NCBI RefSeq assembly: GCF_006345805.1
Contig: NC_042997.1
Coordinates: 39,866,001-39,930,000 of the forward strand
DNA: 64,000 bases
DNA from: Octopus sinensis
Lineage: Eukaryota
Reading direction: 5' to 3'
Shown piece after piece: positions 53,383 through 64,000 of the stretch. The translations under genes were made by a program, and so were the position numbers. Under the pieces are notes generated by a model, which was not told the DNA's origin, made no database searches, and was given only the letters and a program-made list of their open reading frames with translations. Each line of letters opens with the position of its first letter. Within the stretch, counting starts at the first letter, position 1.

Positions 53383-54331
53383 TTGTGTATTTGATCAATT
53401 CATGACAATAAAAGATATTGGGTTTCTGGAACAGTGTTGCTGATTAGCTCTTCAAACCAGATCAAGCAAAGCTATAACCAAAAGCAGATATTAGAGCATG
53501 ATTTGCTCGACTAAAGGCGGTGCTCCAGCATGGCCGCAGTCAAATGACTGAAACAAGTAAAAGAGTAAAAGAGTAAACAAATTACAAGTACAGAAGAAAT
53601 AATAAGCTGGCAAGCGACTACTAAAATATTACTGGACCGTTATAAGATGACTCCTGTTGTAACGTAAAAATGTTACAACAAATACAAAACAAAAAATAAG
53701 TGTTGTTTTGTCTGCTAATACAATTGAGCAACCAAAGAATGCTTCCAATATTGCTCCTCATTACAGCAACCACACAGCAGGACGCCAAGATTTCCATTCG
53801 AATGAGTGGAATACAACATACAATTAACTACATAATATTCTAAGGAATTACCATTAACTCTTAAATGTTATTAATGTTTGAATAACTTCCAAGCAATCAT
53901 TTACTATAAACGTATTTGTCTTTTAACGATAAAAATATTTGTCCTTTAACGATAGGCATATTTGCCTTTTATTGCGATAATGAGTATGGAAAACAGAAAA
54001 TATTTTGATGAAGCATTTTTATTCTTCCAACGATATATCAGCTTATACTAAATCGATCACCGAAGCAATCAGTTCTTTGCATACGATTTATACAAAACGT
54101 ATGTTTTCCTAAGACAATAATTTAGAAGTGAAGAAATGATGTTTATTTAATAAACCTTTGATTTATTAAGTCAACATCATTTTTCTAAATTACGTTTACT
54201 TGATAAACAAATTATTATTGTATCTAATTGTTTGTTAGCTGAGGTTGACAGTTATGGATTGGAGAGGAATGTTTATCAAAATTACATTTGAGATCACAAA
54301 GAATAACTATTATAATTGTTATTTTTTAATA

Positions 54332-54850
54332 AAGCGGCGAGCAGGCAGATTCGTTAGCACAAAGGGCGAAATGCTTAGCAGTATTTCGTCTGCCGCTACG
54401 TTCTGAGTTCAAATTCCGCCGAGGTCAACTTTGCCTTTCATCCTTTCGGGGTCGATAAATTAAGTACCAGTTACGCGCTGCGGTCGATGTAATCGACTTA
54501 ATCGGTTTGTCAGTCCTTGTTTGTCCTCTCTGCGTTTAGCTCCTTGTGGGTAGTAAAGAAATAGGTATTTCGTCTGCCGCTACGTTCTGAGTTCAAATTC
54601 CGCCGAGGTCGACTTTGCCTTTCATCCTTTCGGGGTCGATAAATTAAGTACCAGTTACGCGCTGCGGTCGATGTAATCGACTTAATCGGTTTGTCTGTCC
54701 TTGTTTGTCCTCTCTGTGTTTAGCCCCTTATGATAGCAAATTTCACTGAGGTAAACTTTGCCTTTCACCCTTTCACCACCGGAGTCGATGTAATCGACAT
54801 ATCCACTCCCCACAAAATTGCTGGCCTTGTGCAAAAAAATTTGAAACCAT
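54332..54850 (+). mobile_element. SINE family B multimer
   Basis: TATTTCGTCTGCCG units at ~54382 and ~54567 plus a degenerate third. Confidence 0.85.
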
Positions 54851-56932
54851 TATTTATAATAATTAACTAGCAGGAGCTGGGGAAATTCCACGTTTATAAA
54901 TGTTCTTATTTGCATTTTGATGAATAATATTACTTCACGACATAAAGATTTCCGTCGTACTCGATTTCGTGCCGAGGAAAGTGCAAATTGTGAAGGCAAA
55001 TTCAACATGAGCTAGATTTGAACTCAGAACGTAAATGTTCCTAACTCAACACAGTAAAGCATTTAATGTTGCCGCTTCATAAAAATTTCAAATATTCGCA
55101 CAAGGTAACAAATTCCAAGAGAGATCTCAGTCAATGAAATCAATTTCACTTTTCATTACAATTATTTTTATCGGCTGCATTGATGACCAGCAAAATCGGT
55201 TAGGACGGAAGTGAATTCAGATTGCAAAGGGTTGTAAATGAATAGTAATGCTCAAATTTTGACACAGGGCCAGCAATTTTAGGGGAGGAGATAAATCGAT
55301 TACATCGATACCCATACTTAACTGGTACTTATTTTTATCGATTCAAAAGAATGAATGGTAAAAACGACGTTGAAAGAATATGAACTGAGAACGTAAAGAT
55401 GGACGGTGAGGTAACGATTCTGTCAGCTCCGCCTTAATGAAGAGTAATATTGGTTTCAAATTTTGGCACAAGGACTGCAATTTTGGGAAAGGGGTAAGTC
55501 GATTCATCGACCCCTGGGATCAATTGGTACTTATTTTATTGACCTCAAAAAGATGAAAGGCAAAGTCGACCTTAGCAGAATTTGAACTCAGAACGTACAG
55601 CCGTGCTAAAGATTCTGCCCAGTCATCACCTTAAGGAAGAGTAATATTGCAATTAATTAATGGAATCGTGAATTGGGAGACTCGCTAGAACATATACCGA
55701 AAGGCCAAATTGTGTTTAATTATAGATCCTTAACTTCTGAGTTCAAATCTTGCCGGTATTAAATTTACTTTTCATCTTCGGGCTCGATAAAATAAGTTCC
55801 GATCAAGCAAAAGGTTCGATATAATAGACTATATCACCTCGCCCCAAATACTGTCTCTATAACAAAATAGCATAATATACTTAGGTTTATTTTTTGGGAT
55901 TGGTAGACACAGTAGAGTGACAAACAAAATGCCTGGGGGCTTCTAGTTTTATACATTTATGTTCTGAGTTCAAATCTTACCGTAGTTGAGTTTGCTTGCC
56001 GTATTTTTTTAGGTCACTAAAATAAAGTACCAGTTATGTCCTGAAGTCTTTTTAATCGACTAATCTCACTCTTTAAATTTCTGACCTTGTTCATTCTTCC
56101 AAGGTCTCTATATCAGTGAAAGACTTTAGGTTGATGTGCTCCTCTCCCTAAAAGTAAGAAATCTATGTTTCCTTCGCTCACGATATAAATTTATGAATTT
56201 TCTCTTTTTCATTTAAAATTTCTTATTAATTACAATTTTCTTGGCTGCAGTATTGTTTCATTATGAATTTGTCCAGAAATGAAAATCCGTTTGTACGGAA
56301 AGCCACTGTGGAAGTTTGTTGGTTTGTTTGTACGTATGTCTGTACACACTTCCGGGCAAAGGTTAACACATATTATAGACTTATTCATTTACATTCTCAC
56401 ACTATAAAAAGTACAAATATTTCCATATTTATGCCCGAAAGAAACAGTTTTATCTTACATTGATTATAGTGCAGACGATTGGAAGTCGGGTTAAATATTT
56501 TTATTTATCTTACTCGGCGTCACGCAATTCGATTCCCATATGAACCAGGGTTATCTTTAACATTTATCGCTCCAGAGTAGATTAAATTCAATTACGTTAA
56601 TATATTTGGTTGATATTCTATCCATTACACTAAATCGTAATTACAGACGGCTACCACACACACACACATACATACATAGATACATACGTATCACTTAATT
56701 TCTTCTGAATAATATAGTGCTGTTCTCTGCTGAGAGACCATAGCTTTTAGTGAGATGAAATTTAAATATCCCCAAAGGAAGGTAGCAATTATCTATCAGC
56801 TTTAGCCTAATATATAATCATTGTAAATCATACATAGCTGTCTCTTTATTGTTTAATTAAACCCTTTAAATCATTAACCACATGAAGGGTGCTACAAGCG
56901 ATAGCTAAGTGTTATAGAATTAAGCTGATTAC

Positions 56933-57064
56933 CTTGCAGTTTTAAGCGTCATGTAATCATTGTACTTAAGTTTTGAAAGCTCAGCTATAATATCCCCACA
57001 ATAAACCCGAGTTAATTCATTTACTGAAGTTCTTCGTTTGGCGAAAGAAATCATTGCTAACTAC
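56933..57064 (-). CDS. Candidate exon with ATG at 57054 (MISFAKRRTSVNELTRVYCGDIIAELSKLKYNDYMTLKTA)
   Basis: TTTTAGTTATTCTAG| acceptor, AAG|GTAATC donor, open frame. Confidence 0.35.
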
Positions 57065-57348
57065 CTAGAATAACTAAAATTGTTTTCTTCCTACTTTCTT
57101 CAAATTTTTGAATTAAAGAAAAAAATTCTTTTTTTATGTTATTTTATCGCTTTTAGTAGCATTTCAGAAATTGATGGTAAATACGAAAGATGAAAGAGCA
57201 AACCGTATAATAAAATGTTTTAAAGTCTAATTTATTAAACCGTAGAAAGTTAAACGCTATAAAAACGAGTGAATGAGTAACTGAAGATCGAAGTTATTCT
57301 TTCAGTTGGTTGTATCAATTACAAGTTCAGTTTCAGATATCAAAAAAT

Positions 57349-57763
57349 GGATCTTTTCGGTTTGAACGGCAGTTTTTTCTAGCGGTGTCATATGAAATTG
57401 ACCACCCATAATTATGACCCTAGTATCGATCTATTGCATTTCAATCTGTTTTAGGGTTAGGGGTGGGGGGAAGGGTATCTTTTTTTTCTTCAGAAATGTA
57501 AATAAACCGAATCTGTTTCTTAAACGAGGGACATATTCATACGGCACAGAATGGTTTTTACCTCAATAGACGTCAGTGATTGGTTGAAATTGCAGAAATT
57601 GAAGAAAAAAAAAACAACAAATATCTTACAAACGATAGAATTTTCTCAATAAAGCCAAGAGAAAACGATGTTTTATAAACACATTCTACCAGTATACAAA
57701 GTTAAACATTTTTTAGTTACCTAGAAATTATATTAAAAACTGCCGTTCAAATCTAAAAGATCC
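57349..57763. mobile_element. Second full copy of the GGATC MITE
   Basis: Same TIRs and body as 23312; imperfect 8-bp TSD (CAAAAAAT / CCCAAAAT). Confidence 0.88.
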
Positions 57764-58026
57764 CCCAAAATATTCAGAAAATAAGATTAGATTGTGTCTA
57801 TGCTCAAAGAGAAGTAAAACTGAAAAATGTCTTGCGTAAGTACGTAACTGCGTACGTAAAGCGAAACACTTTCAGTCACACCGTTTTTGTTTGCAAGGAG
57901 TTACTAAGAAAATATGTTAATATCGTTTGTCAATCGATAGGGAATGTATATGATAAAGTGCTGTCTTAACCCCGTTGTCACCTGTTCTAAATTTCTTGAT
58001 TTCATCTACTATCTTAGTACAGCTTA

Positions 58027-58381
58027 GTGGAGGCGCAATGGCCCAGTGGTTAGGGCAGCGGACTCGCGGTCATAGGATCGCGGTTTCGATTCCCAGACCG
58101 GGCGTTGTGAGTGTTTATTGAGCGAAAACACCTAAAAGCTCCATGAGGCTCCGGCAGGGGATGGTGGTGATCCCTGCTATACTCTTTCACCACAACTTTC
58201 TCTCACTCTTACTTCCTGTTTCTGTTGTACCTGTATTTTCAAAGGGCCGGCCTTGTCACTCTCTGTGTCACGCTGAATATCCCCGAGAACTACGTTAAGG
58301 GTACACGTGTCTGTGGAGAGCTCAGCCACTTACACGTTAATTTCACGAGCAGGCTGTTCCGACGGAGTGCTTCCATCCCCC
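58027..58381 (+). mobile_element. SINE family C, 11-bp TSD
   Basis: AGTACAGCTTA at 58016-58026 and 58382-58392. Confidence 0.9.
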
Positions 58382-58800
58382 AGTACAGCTTAAATGTTAA
58401 CAACAAATATCAATCTTAATTTGTTGTATTTGTATTATACAAGGAATCTCCAGCACTGTATAATTTAGTTTTCAAGAAGTCACACTTGTATTTCGTGTAA
58501 TGCAACTGTGACTGCCATCAAATATTACAACACGTCTATGTAAAAGATCTAATCCATTACTGGGATCGATTTTTCACCTCTCTCGCTTTCAGGCTTTCTC
58601 CTTTTCTCTCTCTGCTCCTCTCCATGCCTTTCAGAAAGAAACTGGCTGTGCTCAAACTTGAAGAAGGAAAGACTTTATCAGGTTCAGAATATTTCAGATA
58701 CGCCGTATATTGTTTAGAAGAGCAGCCTCCTAAATGAAGTTTACTGACATTACACGGATTTACACCTAACTTTTCCCCAGTATTTCTTTATATATATATA

Positions 58801-58852
<52 letters not shown>

Positions 58853-59000
58853 CACATAAACATAATACATATTGTTTGATGAATTTGTTCGAAATTTTAC
58901 CGGGTATAAGTCTGCGCAGTGGTTTGAAAAGTTAGGATATACAAACTGTTAGTTCTACATGTGGATCTGGCTGTCTGTATGTCTGAAATCTAAAGGCTAT

Positions 59001-59068
59001 CCCACTGATGAAAACTGGCCTTCAGCGAATATTCTTTTGCTGGAAATAGTTAGAAACCATGGTCTGGG
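59001..59068 (+). ncRNA. Type I hammerhead ribozyme motif with long helix II
   Basis: CCCA-CTGATGA-A-AACT..TTCAGC..GCTGGA..AGTT-A-GAAA-CCATGG-TC-TGGG; helix I extends CUAU/AUAG past an AA bulge; GUC site. Confidence 0.75.
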
Positions 59069-59194
59069 AAATAGTTGAGATGGTAAACGTTTTTAATTCT
59101 CATTCCTTTCGAGAATTTATCCTTTTTTTGTGGTTTTTGAGATTTCTACTGCTCTTTCTAGCACAACGCTGTCTTATTTGGAAGCCTCTTATTG

Positions 59195-59272
<78 letters not shown>

Positions 59273-59389
59273 CATGACAGAAGTAAATAGACAACCCATA
59301 AAACATCGTTTAATGTTTATTCTAACTTATAAAGATTTATATTTTTTATTAATTGACATTTTCATGTTTCAGGTTCTATATTTACTGTT

Positions 59390-60290
59390 TAATCATGCCA
59401 TGTACAGACATGGAACTGTCCGAATTTCAAAGAGACCGTATAGTGGGTCATTCTGAAGGTGGACATAGTCTGCGTAAAATCGCAGAAAACCTTCGGCTCC
59501 CGCTTTCAACAGTTAATAGAGTGATTGCGCAATTCACCAGAGAAGGAGAGTCCGCATCACCGCACCCAGCTCAACCAGGGCCCTCTAACAGGACCCTTCT
59601 CTTTGTTAAGAGAAGTATGGAGGTTAATCCTCGTTGCAAGACCTCTAACATAGCACAACAAGTTGATGTCGGTCCCAGAACAGCTGTCAGGTATCCCCAC
59701 AAACTTGGTTACTATGGCTGAGCAGCAAGAAGGAAGCGACTTCTTCGATCAGCCAACATCAAGCGGAGAAAAGATTGGGTCGGTGAGATGGTGGATAAGC
59801 CACTAATATTTTGGGATACTGTCATATTCTCTGATGAGTCCAGATACTCTGTATTTCCTGACAATAGTCGAGTGTGGGTCTGGAGACTCTGCGATCAAGA
59901 ATTTGATGTGAAAAGATTGTAGCCAAGAACGAAACCTGTGATGACCTGGAGAGCAATTTGGAGCAATGGTTGATCAGAGCTGCTGTAGTATGAAGAAAAC
60001 ATAAATTCAGATACATATGTGTCCATATTGCAGAAAGGACTCCTTCTAATCTTCCCCAGTGGTGAAATGATTAAAGAAGGCTCTATATTTATGGAGGACA
60101 GAGCTCCTTGTCACACGACTAAAATAACCCAAGATCTGTTGGATGAGAATGACATTAAAAAGCTTCCATGGTCAAGCCAGTCACTAGATATGAATCCTAT
60201 TGAACACCACAGGGATATAACGGACAGGACACTTCATAAAAAGAAAAAGAAAGCATCTTCAAAGCCAGATACGTATTTTGAGATTAATAC
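59390..60290 (+). mobile_element. Decayed Tc1 (DD34E) transposase
   Basis: [50 protein letters not shown]; stops and frameshifts. Confidence 0.9.
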
Positions 60291-60296
60291 CTAAAG

Positions 60297-60331
<35 letters not shown>

Positions 60332-60335
<4 letters not shown>

Positions 60336-60627
60336 TGCAGGCGTGATTGTGGTAAGAAGCTTGCTTCCCAACCATATTGTTCTGACTTCAGTCCCACTAT
60401 GTAGCACCTTGGGCAAGTGTTTTCTACTATAGTCTCGGGCCGACCAAAGCCTTGTGAATGGATTTTATAGACGGATACTAAAAGAAACCCGTCGTACGTA
60501 TGTATATATCTATGTGTGTGTGTGTCTTGGTTTTTGTGCAAAAGAGAACGATTTGTTCGACTAAAGTCCTTGAAGACCGTGCCTGTGCATGGCTGCAGTC
60601 AAAATGACTGAAACAAGTAAAAAGATA
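60332..60627 (+). mobile_element. SINE family A, internally deleted
   Basis: Head, body and tail present. Confidence 0.85.
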
Positions 60628-60668
60628 GGACACACACACACACGCACACACACGCACACGCACACACA

Positions 60669-60711
<43 letters not shown>

Positions 60712-60744
60712 CACACACACACACCTTAGTATATATTTCTCACT

Positions 60745-60975
60745 AAGGCGGTGAGCTGGTAGAAACGTTAGCACGCCGGGCGAAATGTGTAGCCGTATTT
60801 CGTCTGCCGTTACGTTCTGAGTTCAAATTCCGCCGAGGTCGACTTTGCCTTTCATCCTTTCGGGGTCGATAAATTAAGTACCAGTTACGCAATGGGGTCG
60901 ATGTAATCGACTTTATCCGTTTGTCTGTCCTTGTTTATCCCCTCTGTGTTTAGCCCCTTGTGGGTAGTAAAGAAA
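60745..60975 (+). mobile_element. SINE family B
   Basis: Head plus one 184-bp unit. Confidence 0.85.
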
Positions 60976-61637
60976 TATATATTTCTTACTAGGGCATAAG
61001 TCCCAAATTAATAAATGCGCTTGTTTGCCATTCTAACCTTTTCAGGTAATAAAATAGTTTTAACTGGGATTCGAGATCGGATCACAAATTCGACTGATCG
61101 AGGATATCTTTTTCGTTTTCCGTCTCTCGCCATTTGTTAATTTGATTCTAACAATGCTGTAAATCAGTAGGGGATGATATGATCGATTTGCAATGTCTCA
61201 GTTTTCTATTGGTACTTCTTTTATCGACCAAGGAGACGAAAAGATTTAATACTGAGTGAATTCATTTTGGCATTTTAATTAATTTCTTTACGATATATGG
61301 TGGGAATAAGATTAAAACTCTGTTTATGTAAACTGGTTTATAACAAGTGCATCGCTTCTCATATTTCAGAAACAATTATCTTTCTATAAGAATAACTTGT
61401 TAATTTCTCTGTTTTCTAATTCTTTTCTTATTTCAATTCTGTAAAGCAAATTCATATTAAGATGTTCGTTTCTATGATGCAATCCCAATGCTTTAGGGAG
61501 GGTTCAGTTGTTTCCTGCCCATTTCTCCAGATAAGAAATCATGAAAAAGGATGATTAGACATTTTTGTCTTTTCAAGGGATTAAATGAAATATTCAATAA
61601 ATTCAGGAATCAATACCACGTCTGAGATTCGACTTAC

Positions 61638-61751
61638 CTGGTGGTTGTTTACAATATGGAAGCTCTTCACTGGTACATTTTTACCACATAATAATACTAT
61701 GAACGTTAACCCACGCGAATCATCCCGAAATGATCGATGAACAAAGAACAT
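61638..61751 (-). other. Candidate first exon (possibly 5' UTR; ATG frame MFFVHRSFRDD..NNHQ)
   Basis: Consensus donor CAG|GTAAGT at 61638/61637. Confidence 0.3.
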
Positions 61752-62673
61752 TAAAACGCATTTACATTTTCTCGCAGACTTATGCTATTTTGATTAAGTA
61801 ATAATTTTATGTAATCGTACATTTGATTTCAACTTTTCAAATATAGGATTTTAATTCAATAAACCGTTATTGTCAAAGATTGAATAGGCAGCTCTCATTC
61901 AACTAAATAATGATGATATACCGTACTGCAATAATATTTTCAATAGGAATGTATTCCGTTGTGTTCATATCGATATTTGTGAAGGTATGAGTAGTTGAAC
62001 ATGATTAATTACTTTCACTGACAAGGGACATAGTCGAATTTGAATTTACTTAATGTAATATTAATCATGTTATGAAAACATCTGACCTCATTACTCTGAA
62101 TCTTTCTGCAAAGAAGATTCTTAGCACTCCAATTATTTGTACTGGTTTCTAAGCTCATCGGAAAGTATTTATGACAATGAAGATTGATATTTTTTTTATC
62201 GACGAAGCAAATAACGACATTTTATAGTTGGCTATAAATGTCATTATCAATGTTAATAAATAATACTAATGATCATAAAGGAAATAAACATGTGATAATG
62301 ACAAAAAAGAAAAAACAAAAAAAATCTGTGAGTAAACTAACGCCATCTATTATTTTGATTATAGTAACATCCGAAATATTTTCTCCTAGCAACAATCTAA
62401 TTTCATAATATTTTTAATGTACACTTAATTTATATTTTTTTTTTTATAAAATAGTCATAGGACGAGAGTCAGTGGTCATGACCTTTGTATGACTTCCGAG
62501 ACTGGTATTGATGTGGTTGTTGACGAGTGAACGTAAAAAGCAAAAAAAAAACAAAAAACAAACGAAACGAACCCCACCCCACAAAAAAAAGACACAAAAA
62601 ATAGATAGGGTAGGAATTCTATAGGTTTGCAGTTCTAAAAAGGAGTGATTAGGTGAAATATTTAATGCATAGT

Positions 62674-63058
62674 GGATGGAAGCACTCCGTCGGTTACGAC
62701 GACGAGGGTTCCGGTTGATCCGATCAACGGAACAGCCTGCTCGTGAAATTAACGTGTAAGTGGCAGAGCACTCCACAGACACGTGCACCCTTAACGTAGT
62801 CCTCGGGGATATTCAGCGTGACACAGAGAGTGACAAGGCCGGCCCTTTGAAATACAGGTACAACAGAAACAGGAAGTAAGAGTGAGAGAAAGTTGTGGTG
62901 AAAGAGTACAGCAGGGATCACCACCATCCCCTGCCGGAGCCTCGTGGAGCTTTAGGTGTTTTCGCTCAATAAACACTCACAACGCCCGGTCTGGGAATCG
63001 AAACCGCGATCCTACGACCGCGAGTCCGCTGCCCTAACCACTGGGCCATTGCGCCTCC
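62674..63058 (-). mobile_element. SINE family C, full length, 11-bp TSD
   Basis: TAATGCATAGT at 62663-62673 and 63059-63069. Confidence 0.9.
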
Positions 63059-63289
63059 TAATGCATAGTACTGGGGTGAGTCGCTGTAAAAATGACGGGA
63101 AAAGAAAAGAGATGCCGGACGAGTAGGGCCAGAGGAAAGAGATGCGGATTTCACGAGTTCTTTAAAGGAAAGTGCAGTGGAAAGTAGTGCCTCAGTAGAA
63201 TTTGTTATCCTTAGACGGGAAGCTTGACTGTTTTCAACCAAGTAAACTATCCTAAAGGTATTCAGGTTGTGGTGTTAAAGCGGAAGGCA

Positions 63290-63688
63290 TACTCTTTTAC
63301 TCTTTTACTTGTTTCAGTCATTTGACTGCGGCCATGCTGGAGCACCGCCTTTAGACGAGCAAATCGATCCCGGGACTTATTCTTTGTAAGCCCAGTACTT
63401 ATTCTATCAGTCTCTTTTTGCCGAACCGCTAAGTGACGGGGACGTAAACACACCAGCATCGGTTGTCAAGCAATGCTAGGGGGACAAACACAGACACACA
63501 AACACATACATACATATACATATATACGACAGGCTTCTTTCAGTTTCCGTCTACCAAATCCACTCACAAGGTTTTGGTCGGCCCGGGGCTATAGCAGAAG
63601 ACACTTGCCCAAGATGCTACGCATTGGGACTGAACCCGGAACCATGTGGCTGATTAGCAAGCTACTTACCACACAGCCACTCCTGCGC
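63290..63688 (-). mobile_element. SINE family A
   Basis: Reverse complement of full element. Confidence 0.9.
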
Positions 63689-64000
63689 ATGTTGACTTAT
63701 TACAACATCAAAGTAGAAATTAGAACCTTCTTTGTTATTTTACCCTGGGATTAGCTCCGATTGAGTAGACCTATGATCAGAAATATTTTAATTATGGTCA
63801 TTCCCGTGTTTTAGGGATATCTAAGACTACATTATCCAAAGTGTCCTTTCCCTTTTCTAAAACTGTAGGGTGTGTTGTGATGAGAGATTTGGCTACTATT
63901 TTGAGTAGGTTGAACGACAGCGTAAAGGTTCCCGTGATATTAGAACAAGACATATCTTATTGGATTCAGATCCCAGGCATAGTATTTTTCTTCTTAGATC

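Noticed and set aside
56087-56148. Minus-strand exon with strong acceptor
   Set aside because: Stops in all frames and the donor lies in a SINE remnant
58027-58100. tRNA-like sequence (also 11833, 62990 and SINE A/B heads)
   Set aside because: Continues into SINE bodies with TSDs and has no proper acceptor stem; SINE heads, not tRNA genes

Overview
AT-rich, repeat-dominated metazoan DNA. The repeat families and very high microsatellite load resemble octopus/cephalopod DNA (inference). No intact protein-coding gene is recognisable, and most ORFs in the track are microsatellite or SINE read-throughs. The window holds three tRNA-derived SINE families (called A, B, C here) and decayed fragments of RTE, Rex3-like, CR1, R4/Dong-like and two Penelope-like (PLE) retroelements. 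It also holds mariner, Tc1 and maT-like transposase relics, an 8-bp-TSD MITE, and non-autonomous Helitrons, two of them in tandem. The most notable signal is a set of type I hammerhead ribozyme (HHR) motifs at 13944, 18512/18592, 46964, 47486 and 59001, plus decayed copies. Each lies in a short cassette bordered by (TA)n/(CA)n-type microsatellites and has a very short, mostly palindromic helix III. One pair is embedded in a perfect, spacerless 356-bp palindrome. A low-confidence chain of phase-compatible minus-strand exons suggests the window may be intronic to an unidentified host gene.
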